64,000 nucleotides of DNA from a virus (IMGVR_UViG_3300048904_000202:4007-68006); one strand, 5' to 3'. Counted from the stretch's first letter, positions 10,845-20,128 are shown. The notes: generated from the letters alone by a model not told the origin. Program-made: numbers and translations.

Positions 10845-11893
10845 TAGAGAACGGCTCCCTCTTTCGCGCCAGCGGCGGAATTACGCAACAGCAGTTTGAT
10901 GCGATCGACGAACCCGAACGGGTTTCTATCCCAACCCGTGACACCGCCCTTCGAGTATTCGGTCGAGCGACCCTCGAAGAAGTTGGTGTGGGTATGGGCC
11001 GTCGTCATCTCGTCGATCCACTCCAGCGGGTTGTCCTTCTGCCGGTAGATCGGCTTGAGGCCCAACTGGATCATGCGGCGATCGGCGATGTAGCGGATGT
11101 AGGTCTTGACCTCTTCCTTGGTGATGCCGGCGATCGTTCCCATGGCAAACATGAGGTCGATGAACTTGTCCTCCAGCTTCACCATCGTTTTCGCGATGTC
11201 GCGGATGGCGTCCTTGAGGTCGTCGTCCCAGAGGTCAGGGTTTTCGCGGATCAATGCGTGGAACAGCTTGATCATCATCTCGACGTGGTGCGACTCATCG
11301 CGCAGCGACCACTCGACGATCGTTGACATACCCTTCATCAGCCCACGGCGCTTGAACGACAGCAGGACCGCGAAGGAGGAGAACAACTGCATTCCTTCGC
11401 CGAACGCCGAGAAGACGGCGACGTTGAGCGCGAGCTTGGCCTTTTTCGACCACTTGGTGCCGTCGCTCTTCAAACCACGATCGGCGAACATGTAGGCGTG
11501 CTTGGCCTGCATCTCCTCGAACTCGGCAAAGGCGGCGTAGTCGCTCTCCGGCATACCGACCGTGTCGATAAGCTGGGAATAGGCGTCGATGTGGTTGGCC
11601 TCGGCCGTCGAGAACGACGACAGCATCATCCGAATCTCGGTCGGCTTGAACGCCGGCATGTACTCGTCGATATAGCCGTTGTTGATGTCCTCATCGCCCT
11701 TGGTGAAGAAGCGGAAAAGCTGCGTGAGCAGGTTGCGCTCCGCATCGCTCAGCTTCTCCCACCAGTCGTGCACGTCCTCTTGGAGCGGAACTTCCTCGGG
11801 CAGCCAGTGGAGTTGCTGCATCTTTTTGTAGGCATCGTAGGCCCACGGATATTCGAAGGGCTTGTACGCTTTCGACGGCTTGAGAAGGGGCAT
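10844..11893 (-). CDS. nrdB: Ribonucleotide reductase class Ia beta subunit
   Basis: KPFEYPWAY, WLPEEV, EANHIDAY, EGMQLFSSF, DESHH di-iron motifs, NFFE..STEY tail. Confidence 0.95.
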   Translation of the reverse strand: MPLLKPSKAYKPFEYPWAYDAYKKMQQLHWLPEEVPLQEDVHDWWEKLSDAERNLLTQLFRFFTKGDEDINNGYIDEYMPAFKPTEIRMMLSSFSTAEANHIDAYSQLIDTVGMPESDYAAFAEFEEMQAKHAYMFADRGLKSDGTKWSKKAKLALNVAVFSAFGEGMQLFSSFAVLLSFKRRGLMKGMSTIVEWSLRDESHHVEMMIKLFHALIRENPDLWDDDLKDAIRDIAKTMVKLEDKFIDLMFAMGTIAGITKEEVKTYIRYIADRRMIQLGLKPIYRQKDNPLEWIDEMTTAHTHTNFFEGRSTEYSKGGVTGWDRNPFGFVDRIKLLLRNSAAGAKEGAVL

Positions 11894-12135
11894 TAGCGGT
11901 AGCTCTCGGGCATGACGGTGTGGATGCTGGTGCGGTTGAAGTGGACTTCCGCGCCGGTGTGGACGCTGGTGCCGACATAGGTGTCCGGCATATCGGCGAA
12001 CTCGGTTTGAATACCGATCACCCGTGCCCATTTCGTCGTTTCGGCAACGGCCGAACCATCCGGTTCAATATGTGAAGGATGGAGAAAATAGGGGTAGCTG
12101 TAGCCGACTGTGCGGCCGGCGAGATTATCCTTCAC
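11893..12135 (-). CDS. Hypothetical protein between nrdA and nrdB
   Basis: Fills the gap with overlaps on both sides. Confidence 0.5.
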   Translation of the reverse strand: MKDNLAGRTVGYSYPYFLHPSHIEPDGSAVAETTKWARVIGIQTEFADMPDTYVGTSVHTGAEVHFNRTSIHTVMPESYR

Positions 12136-13888
12136 AGGCTAGGCATCCTTCTTCTTGAGCAGGAGCGATGAGTTCCATCTGCTCCACCTTGGTGTTCACG
12201 TTCTCGCCCTTCTGGAGGGTTTTGGTCCGCATGTAGTACATGGACTTGCTACCGCCGGCCCACGCCATGGCATGCACTTCCATGAGGTATTCCGCGTCCA
12301 CGGTAGCGGGAACAGAAATATTGAGCGAAATTCCTTGGTCGACGAACGGGGTGCGATCGTTGTTCATCTGAACAGTATCGCGCTGGTCTGTCTCAAAGGC
12401 CGTCAAGAAGACCAGCTTCTCGGCCGGCGTCAGGAAGCTCAGATGCTGGACCGAGCCGTCATTGGCGAGAATGTCCTTCCACACCGCATCGGTGTTCTTG
12501 CCCTTGGCTTCCAGCAACGCTTCAAGTGCTGGGTTCTTGATCGTGTGCGAACCACTGAGCGTCTTGTGGATGTAGATGTTCTCCGGCCACTGCTCGATTG
12601 AAGGCGAGCAACCGAGGAAGATCGACGAAGACGCGTTTGGAGCAATGGCCATCTTGTGACCGAAGCGATGACCGGTACCGGCCATGTCGGGGGCTTCACC
12701 GCGCTCAGCGCCGAGCTTGAGCGACGCCGCGTCCGTCATCTTTTGCAGATGCTCGAACATCATGATGTTGTAACCGCGCGCGAGGTCCGAACCCCACGGG
12801 ATCATCTTACGCTGGAGGAAGGAGTGCAGACCCATCGCGCCGAGACCGACCGACCGCTCGTTCTTGGCTGAGTTGATGGCACGCCACATCGTCTCGGGAT
12901 CGGCGTTTTCGATGAAGTCCGTCAGCGTGTTGTCGAGCATCCGCATCAGGTCTTCGATGAACAGTGGATCGTCCTTCCACTCCTCCCACTTGTCGAGGTT
13001 GGTGGACGACAGGCAGCACACGGCCGTGCGATCGGCCGAGGTCGGCAGCATGATCTCGGTGCAGAGATTCGAATGATTGATGATCAGACCGAGCAGGCGA
13101 AGCGGCTCCGGAAGAGCCCGGTTCGCGGTGTCGGTGAACAGGATGAATGGCTCGCCGGTCTGGTGACGCGTCTCGACAAGCTTACGGAACAGCGAGCGGG
13201 CGTTGACCTGCTTCTTGACCTTGCCAGTTTTTGGCGACACGAGATTCCACATCTCGTTACGCAACACGGCCCACATAAATGCGTCCGGGATGTTGACTGC
13301 GTGGTGGAGATTGAGCGCCTTGCGATTGGCGTCGCCGCCCGAAGGCTTACGGATGCCGAGCCACTCTTCGATCTCGGGGTGCGAGATGTCGAGATATCCG
13401 CAATAGGAACCGCGACGCGTCTTGCCCTGCGAGAAGGCGAGCATCAAACGATCGATGACGGTTACGAACGGGATGCCACCCGACGACGCTGAGCCCTTCG
13501 AGGTTTCCTCCGGCCCACGCACGGCGATGTAACCACCGACGCCGCCTCCCATGCTGGACAGCATGGAGGTCTCCTCGTAGTGGTCGAGAATGCCCTGACG
13601 ACTGTCCGGCATGTAGTTCAGATAACAGGAAATCGGAAGTCCACGCTTCGTCCCACCGTTGGACAGCAACGGGGTTGCGAACATGAACCAACCCTTGGTC
13701 ACATACTCGTAGAGACGCTGGGCATGAGCGGCATCATCAGCGAAGGCGGCGCAGGCGCGCGCGAAGGCATGTTGCGGACTGGTTTCCCCGGCGACGAGAT
13801 AGCGATCGGCGAGAGTTTCGAGGGCGTGTTGCGACAGGCGTGCATCACGCCCGAGGTCGATTACGACCTCGTTCGGGGAGACTGGCAT
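12125..13888 (-). CDS. nrdA: Ribonucleotide reductase class Ia alpha subunit (no ATP cone)
   Basis: ATPLLSNGG, ISCY, SNLCTEI, AIAPNASSS, KSMYYMR, C-terminal CLACEG. Confidence 0.95.
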   Translation of the reverse strand: MPVSPNEVVIDLGRDARLSQHALETLADRYLVAGETSPQHAFARACAAFADDAAHAQRLYEYVTKGWFMFATPLLSNGGTKRGLPISCYLNYMPDSRQGILDHYEETSMLSSMGGGVGGYIAVRGPEETSKGSASSGGIPFVTVIDRLMLAFSQGKTRRGSYCGYLDISHPEIEEWLGIRKPSGGDANRKALNLHHAVNIPDAFMWAVLRNEMWNLVSPKTGKVKKQVNARSLFRKLVETRHQTGEPFILFTDTANRALPEPLRLLGLIINHSNLCTEIMLPTSADRTAVCCLSSTNLDKWEEWKDDPLFIEDLMRMLDNTLTDFIENADPETMWRAINSAKNERSVGLGAMGLHSFLQRKMIPWGSDLARGYNIMMFEHLQKMTDAASLKLGAERGEAPDMAGTGHRFGHKMAIAPNASSSIFLGCSPSIEQWPENIYIHKTLSGSHTIKNPALEALLEAKGKNTDAVWKDILANDGSVQHLSFLTPAEKLVFLTAFETDQRDTVQMNNDRTPFVDQGISLNISVPATVDAEYLMEVHAMAWAGGSKSMYYMRTKTLQKGENVNTKVEQMELIAPAQEEGCLACEG

Positions 13889-13932
13889 ATTGATGTGGGG
13901 TCCGCTTTACGGGAGTGACAAAGGGCCGAGCA

Positions 13933-13961
13933 GTATATGCAAACTAACCTAAAAAGGCAAG
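13933..13961 (-). promoter_or_regulatory. Sigma70-type promoter of nrdA containing a GTTAGTTT motif
   Basis: Minus strand TTGCCT-N17-TATACT. Confidence 0.6.
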
Positions 13962-14027
13962 AAGTCTATTTTTGCTAACCCATCTTGACACGAATTTTCT
14001 GGGATCGGGACGGCTGTGCAATGGGTA

Positions 14028-14432
14028 TCAGAACGGCACTCCGGCCTGCCAACGACCCGATGAAGCGAAGTCCATCCGCTGGTAGTATCGAGGGGTGTGA
14101 CGGAAGCGGCTCGACGGGTAAGCTGCGCCGAAGGTGTCACCGACGATCCAGAAGATGCCGGCGTGGTCACGGATAGCACCTACCATGTGGTTGACTTGAC
14201 CGTAGACCGTGCCCTCGGCAGTGACCATAACGCGCCAACGCGAGGATCGTGCTGCGCCGTTCCGACCGAGAGCATCGAGTGTCGTGGTCGTGAGATCGTC
14301 ACAATCACCTGCCCACCGGCGGCCCGCCAACACGTCCTGATAGAAGGACTGCCAGCGGTCCACCACGTCGGCCCGGTAATCGAAGCCGCGCCGGCAGATC
14401 GCGTCGACCCGCTTGATCTCATCACTTCGCAT
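14028..14432 (-). CDS. Transglutaminase-like cysteine peptidase (BTLCP/C93-like) catalytic domain
   Basis: D.W...GDCDD nucleophile motif, NHMV, GD; Cys-His-Asp triad order. Confidence 0.6.
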   Translation of the reverse strand: MRSDEIKRVDAICRRGFDYRADVVDRWQSFYQDVLAGRRWAGDCDDLTTTTLDALGRNGAARSSRWRVMVTAEGTVYGQVNHMVGAIRDHAGIFWIVGDTFGAAYPSSRFRHTPRYYQRMDFASSGRWQAGVPF

Positions 14433-14577
14433 GGTGACACCAATCGAGCTTCGGCTGATCATGGCACTGCGCCGACACAGCTTCGTCCCAATAGTGAATT
14501 TCCTCGCCGGGCGCGACGCGGTGATGAGCGCAGCCGCCGAGCAAGATCGCCAGAAGAAGAAGCGACGCTCGGATCAT
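14422..14577 (-). CDS. Small lipoprotein, 51 aa (not in ORF track)
   Basis: MIRASLLLLAILLGGC lipobox; ATGA overlap with the upstream gene; overlaps the start of the peptidase ORF. Confidence 0.55.
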   Translation of the reverse strand: MIRASLLLLAILLGGCAHHRVAPGEEIHYWDEAVSAQCHDQPKLDWCHHAK

Positions 14578-15179
14578 AGGACCTTCGATAACGCGTTGGC
14601 GATATCGAAGCGGGGCAGGGCGAGGCCGGTACCATATGCCCAGCGGCCGAACTCATGATGCTCGCGGATTCCGTAGGAACCAATCTCGATCCCGCCAAGG
14701 TCGATATCGCTTGATCCCTCGAAGGTCTTTACCGACAGATGATTAGCCCTTGCGTGGACCATGAAAAAATCCATCGCGGAAGCGCGGATCGCTTCTTCTG
14801 TCGCCTCTGGCCGGTTGTCGAAAAGCTCTACCTTCATGAAAGCGGTGCGGGTGAAGATGTTCTGTTCATCCTCGCAGCGAAAGCACGGCGTCACCCCGAC
14901 ATAGCGGCCGGGCGCCAAATCAAGCGTTAGAAAACCCTGCTCTGCCGATCCGACCAAAGCCGACGCGTCGCCGCGTGTCTCCAACAGGTCTGTCCGGGGA
15001 CCATAGTCGCCACCGTGATGGCAGGCGGTGCCGATCTGCCAGAAATCGAAGCCTTCTGGGAGTGTCGCTCGGACGACATAGTCCGAAACCAGCCACGGAA
15101 CCTCGACATAGGTATAGCTGAATCTTTCGTAGAAGTGGATGGCCTCGCCAAGCAGCCAGTAATTGATTTTGGGTGTCAT
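14574..15179 (-). CDS. Stand-alone class II aminoacyl-tRNA synthetase-like catalytic domain
   Basis: Motif 1-like YVEVPWL, motif 2-like TPCFRCE....F..VEL, motif 3-like GTGLALPRF; only 201 aa. Confidence 0.65.
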   Translation of the reverse strand: MTPKINYWLLGEAIHFYERFSYTYVEVPWLVSDYVVRATLPEGFDFWQIGTACHHGGDYGPRTDLLETRGDASALVGSAEQGFLTLDLAPGRYVGVTPCFRCEDEQNIFTRTAFMKVELFDNRPEATEEAIRASAMDFFMVHARANHLSVKTFEGSSDIDLGGIEIGSYGIREHHEFGRWAYGTGLALPRFDIANALSKVL

Positions 15180-15514
15180 GCAGCCAATCCAATCTTGTAG
15201 CCGTACTCGCGCACGCTCTCGATCACGATCGGCACACCAGCCTCCGCGAACTTGCGACGGATTTTGCAGATACGAGTCCTCACCACATCCGTGCCGCAGT
15301 ATTCACCGCTGGGCAGGATCGCGAGCGCATCATAGGACGCCCGGCCGCGCCGCATCATCGTGTAAAGCTGACGTGATTCCGCCGGGGAAATGTTGAGCCG
15401 CTTACCCTTCCACAAGGTCTCGGGCGGGTTATAGCTGACGGCCAGATCGCCGAGCGTCAGCGTGTCTGGCGTCTCGGCGCCGCAATGCGGGCAGCAAGGA
15501 ACGGGCGGTATCAC
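15176..15514 (-). CDS. OmpR/PhoB-type winged-helix DNA-binding protein without receiver domain
   Basis: LTLGDLAV...WKGKRLNISPAE..L...VVRTRICKIRRKF...IESVREYGY; N-terminal CPHC. Confidence 0.75.
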   Translation of the reverse strand: MIPPVPCCPHCGAETPDTLTLGDLAVSYNPPETLWKGKRLNISPAESRQLYTMMRRGRASYDALAILPSGEYCGTDVVRTRICKIRRKFAEAGVPIVIESVREYGYKIGLAA

Positions 15515-15792
15515 GTCCGCGCCTCCCGGTGCCCGGACTCGAACACACGCTTGGTCACCTCGGCCATTTCGTCGAGATCGTTGATGGTGATCGATGGGTG
15601 GTGCTTGGCTAGCCAGCCCTTGATCGCACCAATCAGGTCCGATAGCTCGACAAGCGCCATGATCGCGACACCCTGCCGCAGGGCATCGTCGAACTCATCG
15701 ACCTCCTCGAAAATCTTCGAGACCTCACCGAACTCGCCGCGAGCGATGTTGGTAAGGTGGTAGCCCTGTGGTTTGTCCACCGCCTCAGTCAT
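15511..15792 (-). CDS. Conserved phage protein, MazG-like helical fold
   Basis: GYHL..I.RGEFGE.SKI.EEVDE...ELSDL.GAI. Confidence 0.5.
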   Translation of the reverse strand: MTEAVDKPQGYHLTNIARGEFGEVSKIFEEVDEFDDALRQGVAIMALVELSDLIGAIKGWLAKHHPSITINDLDEMAEVTKRVFESGHREART

Positions 15793-16177
15793 CGAGGCCG
15801 GTCGTTTCGAAAAAGTCCACGCTCTCGGAATAATATCCGTTGCTTTGACCATTGAAGCGAAGGGTCACGTCACCGCCATGAGTGCGTAGCTTGTAGAAGG
15901 TCCACGTCCCGCTTTCACTGGCGTTCGAATCTTCTTCTCTGATCTCTTCCGCAAGGAGGACCGGACCGTCGTTAACGAGATCGGAAAGCTCGCCAATTAC
16001 TTCGGCAAGGTAGACGTACTCGCAACAATCCTGCCGGTGATAGAGGACGAACGAACACCCGTCATCGGTATCGAAGAATACCGCATCCTCCAGTTGGAAC
16101 TTACCGACTTCGGCCCGCGTCAGGACGCGATCAAGCAACACGTCGAACGAACGCATTTCATTATACGAAACGTACAT
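15785..16177 (-). CDS. Conserved phage hypothetical protein
   Basis: H.QDCCE...WTFY...SNGYYSE pattern common in phage proteins. Confidence 0.65.
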   Translation of the reverse strand: MYVSYNEMRSFDVLLDRVLTRAEVGKFQLEDAVFFDTDDGCSFVLYHRQDCCEYVYLAEVIGELSDLVNDGPVLLAEEIREEDSNASESGTWTFYKLRTHGGDVTLRFNGQSNGYYSESVDFFETTGLDD

Positions 16178-16213
16178 TGATACTCTCGGCTCAGCCGACG
16201 TGGGGGCGATGCG

Positions 16214-16366
16214 CTAGAACCAGCGTCCGATCGCGGCACCAAGCGCCAGCAGGGAAATGTGATAGATGACAACCGTGATGCAGCCGGTGACGAAGCAGCC
16301 CTTCGTGAACACCCGCTCCAGAACACCAAACGGGGCGTCGAACATCTCCGCGATGTGGTTACTCAT
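16214..16366 (-). CDS. Small membrane protein
   Basis: GGAGG RBS; C-terminal TM helix. Confidence 0.5.
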   Translation of the reverse strand: MSNHIAEMFDAPFGVLERVFTKGCFVTGCITVVIYHISLLALGAAIGRWF

Positions 16367-16380
16367 AATCGCCTCCGTTG

Positions 16381-16416
16381 CCTTTGGAGTTAGCCAAACT
16401 AACTCCAAAGGTCAAG
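16381..16416 (-). promoter_or_regulatory. Promoter with 13-bp perfect inverted-repeat operator
   Basis: CCTTTGGAGTTAG-ccaaa-CTAACTCCAAAGG (16381-16411) abutting a minus-strand TTGACC -35. Confidence 0.6.
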
Positions 16417-16427
16417 CGAAATGGAGA

Positions 16428-16553
16428 TCAGGCGAAGACGAACTTCGCCATCGCCGCGATCGTCAACCCGGTGATAGCGACCCCGGCCGAAGCACAGAAA
16501 ACGAACCACACACGGAACGCGACAGGCATTTGCCTCCACATGTCAGCGAACAT
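16428..16553 (-). CDS. Small membrane protein
   Basis: Single TM helix; TGATG-coupled. Confidence 0.45.
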   Translation of the reverse strand: MFADMWRQMPVAFRVWFVFCASAGVAITGLTIAAMAKFVFA

Positions 16554-16705
16554 CAGAACACTCCGAGATATTTGAGGGCGACGGCCGCGATCAGACCGAA
16601 GAAGGCAAGCTTGACGATGACGACACAGCCGCAGCCGATTAGCTGCCCTGCCGCTTCTTCCCTCTGCTTGCGACGTAGAGCGTCGTGATATGACCAGTCT
16701 GCCAT
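16553..16705 (-). CDS. Small membrane protein
   Basis: Single TM helix; TGATG-coupled. Confidence 0.45.
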   Translation of the reverse strand: MADWSYHDALRRKQREEAAGQLIGCGCVVIVKLAFFGLIAAVALKYLGVF

Positions 16706-17343
16706 CAGTGCACCGTGGGCTTGTCGGCGCGCTGCTGGGCGGCAACATCGCTGTAGCCGTCCTTGTAGCGGACACCGAGTTTCGAGATGTTGGTGGCGAG
16801 AATTTCCGACAGCGTGATTCCGAAGAAGTCGCGGATCGTCTCCAGCACAGCTTGGAACTCTCCGAGCGCGGTGACAATCGCGGCGCGGTCCAGTTCCTTG
16901 TTGTAGATGACCCACTTCTTCACGGCGTCGAACACGTCCGCCGCCTTGCCGGGGAGGGCGAAGATCGCCTCTTCCATTTCGATTCCATTCACTGGGCCGG
17001 CGGCACATACCTCCGCGCGGGAGATGCCGAGCGGCGCTCGTAGACCTTCCGTGTAGAACTCAAGATCGCCGAGTTCTTCGACGACGTTCTCGATGTCGAG
17101 CGTGTAGTCGCGGAAGAGGTGATCCGCCAGCGGGGCGAAGAGTTCGCCGGCCTCACCGGGGATGCACGAGGCCATATGCCATGCATGCGCTTTGTCCCCG
17201 GTAAGGCTGTCGAGAATGGCGTCACCGCTCTTGGCAAGATTGGCGACGAGTTGGGGGTGGGTGATCTGCTGCCCGGACGGCAGCGGGAAGAATGCGTTGT
17301 TCAAGGAACTCCTATCAGGCCGCCTCCTCGGCTGCCGTGTCAT
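16705..17343 (-). CDS. MazG-like NTP pyrophosphohydrolase (tandem helical repeats)
   Basis: GEAGEL...VEELGDLEFY; D.VKK.V.Y.KELD; NI.KL..RY.DGYS; exact start uncertain. Confidence 0.7.
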   Translation of the reverse strand: MTRQPRRRPDRSSLNNAFFPLPSGQQITHPQLVANLAKSGDAILDSLTGDKAHAWHMASCIPGEAGELFAPLADHLFRDYTLDIENVVEELGDLEFYTEGLRAPLGISRAEVCAAGPVNGIEMEEAIFALPGKAADVFDAVKKWVIYNKELDRAAIVTALGEFQAVLETIRDFFGITLSEILATNISKLGVRYKDGYSDVAAQQRADKPTVH

Positions 17344-17596
17344 TGGCCGGCGCGTCGATCTTCTGGTCCGGGTTCACGATCGTACCGCCGGGGTTGCTGC
17401 GCATGATATCTTCTGCGTAATCCCAGACCTGCTTGAGGAACACGGGGTTCCCCATCTGGTCCTTGAGGAATACTGCGAAGAAGTGAGCGGCTGTGACGTG
17501 ACCATCGTCGAGCTTGGTCCCTTCAATGACAACGTCGCAGGAGACGGTGCCGTCGTCGAGGTTGATGTCTTCGATGGTGATTACTGCCTTAGCCAT
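17315..17596 (-). CDS. Hypothetical protein
   Basis: GGAACAGGAAGG upstream; acidic ORF. Confidence 0.6.
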   Translation of the reverse strand: MAKAVITIEDINLDDGTVSCDVVIEGTKLDDGHVTAAHFFAVFLKDQMGNPVFLKQVWDYAEDIMRSNPGGTIVNPDQKIDAPANDTAAEEAA

Positions 17597-17681
17597 TAGT
17601 AGCGCCTTCCTGTTCCTGTTTGGTTCCTATTGGACCATGACCCATAACTAGGCTTGTAGGAAAGCGCTTTTTCGCGCCGGC

Positions 17682-18287
17682 CTATAGCCCTTGCAAAACG
17701 GTGAGAAAACGGAACTGGAACTCTTGAATGGCTTGCTGGGTAAAGCCCGGCAGACCCTTCCGATTGGCGATCCGACGACTCGCGGGAAGCGAGGCGATCA
17801 GACTGTCGATCAGAGCTTCACTTTCGTGTTCGCCCTCCTGCGGAGTGATCCAGTCCGCTTCGATGCCAAGCGTGACACCTCCTTCGTCCTCGATCCCGCT
17901 TCCTTCATTGGGAAACCGAACATCAGTGATGACGACCTTGTTACCGGTCTCCATCAGGTCCTGTGTCCGACGCATCGTCGCGCCATGCCACAAGTCCTCT
18001 CCGATGAGCTTCCGCCCCCATTCGGTGCCGAGCGTCTGCATCGCATAGCGAGGCGTCTTCCCGGCCAGATACTCGGTGGGTACCTCTTTCAGGTCACCCT
18101 CGATCATCCGTTCGATCGTCTCCTTGTCCACCCCCTGATAGGCGAGAACAGTGGCGATCATTTCCTTCAAGGCGCCCGCGAACTTGACGTTCACAAACCC
18201 TTGATTCAGCAGCGTTTCAGCCGCCGTATCCTTGCCCGATCCCTTGCGACCGATGAGGCCGATCAGGTGGGGCAATGTCGATGTCAT
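17682..18287 (-). CDS. Deoxynucleoside monophosphate kinase
   Basis: GRKGSGKDT P-loop, KFAGALK, TPRYAMQTLGTEWGR, ITDVRFPNE. Confidence 0.9.
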   Translation of the reverse strand: MTSTLPHLIGLIGRKGSGKDTAAETLLNQGFVNVKFAGALKEMIATVLAYQGVDKETIERMIEGDLKEVPTEYLAGKTPRYAMQTLGTEWGRKLIGEDLWHGATMRRTQDLMETGNKVVITDVRFPNEGSGIEDEGGVTLGIEADWITPQEGEHESEALIDSLIASLPASRRIANRKGLPGFTQQAIQEFQFRFLTVLQGL

Positions 18288-18481
18288 GGTTGTAATCTCC
18301 GCGTTAGTTTCGATCCAGTGCAAGCGATGAACCGGTAGAAAAAAGGGGTTGAACCGATGGAACCCGTCGTTAACACGTTACCGAAACGAACAGGGCCGGC
18401 AGGCCGCAAACGGCTGAAAAGCGGGGCTTGTTTCGGAAACGTTACGTTAACACGTTGGCCGAAATGTCCATTGTGGGTATA

Positions 18482-19816
18482 TCAGTCAGCGACGATAACT
18501 AGACGTTCCGCAGCACGGGTGATTGCCGTGTAAAGCCACTGATCGGCGGCCTCTTTGAACACGTATGATTCGTCGTGGACGATCACCTCATCCCACTGCG
18601 AACCTTGCGATTTGTGGCAGGTGATGGCCCAGCCGAAGTCGATGTGATTGTCCGTTACCTTCGACTTGAAGGCGGCAGATTTCGACGCCGACGAGAAGTT
18701 CGGTTCGCGCGTGACGTGCTGTTCGAACAAGCCTTGGAAGGCGTACATCTCATGCAGGACGCCTTCGTCGTTGTGGACGCGTGCGAGGAACCGAGCCATG
18801 CCGTCCTCGGCGTCGCCGTGATCCATCGCCGAGAACACCTGCGTGCCATTGACCAGCGTGGGGTGCTGCTTCGAGTTCTTGCACATGATCAGCGGCTCGC
18901 CCTCCATCGGGAGGGTCGACTCAAAGCCACCGGCCTTCCGAAGACGGCTCGTGGTTTTCCAGCGGTGCTTGTTCGTGCCGACGATGATCTGGGCGTCGCG
19001 CTCCAGATCGAGCGTGTAGATGTCCTTCTTGCGCGGGACGATCAGCACACCGTCGCCGTAATCGCCAAAGTCGGCACGTCCGCCCTTGCGAACGATCGTC
19101 GCGATGCGGATGATCGGGTTCTCAGCAGCCTGACGATGCACCTCGGTGAGGAACACGTCGGCCGATCCATCGAAGAAGCCCGGATCATCACCGACCGGCG
19201 GAAGCTGTCCGGGATCACCCATCACCATGATGGGAATCTCGAAATACTCCATGTCTTCGGCGATCTTCTTGCCGACCATCGAGCCTTCGTCGCAGATGAT
19301 GAGACGGATGTTCTCCTGCGTCAGGCGGGAGTCGGCGTTCATCTGGAAGCGCAGATCGTTAGTGTCGTACGCGCGATCGAGGTCCTTGGTGAGGATAGCG
19401 ATCTGGGTGTCGAGCGTCTTGAGATCGGCGCGCAGGTCACCGGACGGCGGCGGGATGATCCCGGCCTTCATCTCGACGTACTGCTTCTTGTGATCCTCAA
19501 GCTCGCGCTCGATGATCTCGGCACGCTGCGGCTTGGGCAGGTAGATGAGCGAGTGGATCGTCGTCGGGTAGACGTTGATCCCTTGGGCGCGTAGCTTTTC
19601 GCCCATGATCTTCGCGGCCTTCCCGGTCGGCGCACAGAAGGCAACCTCGGAAGGTGAGAGTCCGGTGGACTCCATGATATCGGGCAGGATGGTGGACTTA
19701 CCGGTGCCGGCGAACCCCGCGAGACGAAACACCGGCTGATGTGCGGTGTCGTTGCGGAACCAGTTCGCGACTTTCTTGACGGCGGCCCCCTGCTGCGGTG
19801 ACAGGGTGAATCCCAT
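18482..19816 (-). CDS. RecD/Dda-like SF1B helicase
   Basis: GFAGTGKS, DEGSM, GDPGQLPPV, LTEVHRQ, AITCHKSQGSQW, LYTAITRA. Confidence 0.9.
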   Translation of the reverse strand: MGFTLSPQQGAAVKKVANWFRNDTAHQPVFRLAGFAGTGKSTILPDIMESTGLSPSEVAFCAPTGKAAKIMGEKLRAQGINVYPTTIHSLIYLPKPQRAEIIERELEDHKKQYVEMKAGIIPPPSGDLRADLKTLDTQIAILTKDLDRAYDTNDLRFQMNADSRLTQENIRLIICDEGSMVGKKIAEDMEYFEIPIMVMGDPGQLPPVGDDPGFFDGSADVFLTEVHRQAAENPIIRIATIVRKGGRADFGDYGDGVLIVPRKKDIYTLDLERDAQIIVGTNKHRWKTTSRLRKAGGFESTLPMEGEPLIMCKNSKQHPTLVNGTQVFSAMDHGDAEDGMARFLARVHNDEGVLHEMYAFQGLFEQHVTREPNFSSASKSAAFKSKVTDNHIDFGWAITCHKSQGSQWDEVIVHDESYVFKEAADQWLYTAITRAAERLVIVAD

Positions 19817-19822
19817 GATCCC

Positions 19823-20128
19823 TCAGGCGAGCTTGATGTTGATCTTCGCCGGCTCACCTCTGACCTTCTGGATCAGCACCCATGCGAGGCACATCGGAAG
19901 GTAGCAGCAGGCGGCGAGGAAGATGACGACCCACGAGATCACGAGCGTGATCGGCCAGCGGGCCACGAGATAGCTTACGCGGACGCCCTGAGTGATCGCC
20001 GCGAAAAGCCGCGCCGCCGCTTGCTGCACGGCCTCGGGGTCCTTCTTCCAATACTGGTACACGACGATTGCGGTCGTGAAGACGAGGAGGATGAGAGGTC
20101 CGGCAACAAGCGGCGGAACGGTCTTCAT
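19823..20128 (-). CDS. Membrane protein
   Basis: Two hydrophobic segments. Confidence 0.55.
   Translation of the reverse strand: MKTVPPLVAGPLILLVFTTAIVVYQYWKKDPEAVQQAAARLFAAITQGVRVSYLVARWPITLVISWVVIFLAACCYLPMCLAWVLIQKVRGEPAKINIKLA

Noticed and set aside
12125-13888. Introns or inteins in nrdA, nrdB, polA or ligA; novelty of the ATP-cone-less NrdA
   Set aside because: ORFs are uninterrupted and of normal length; cone-less class Ia alpha subunits are already known.
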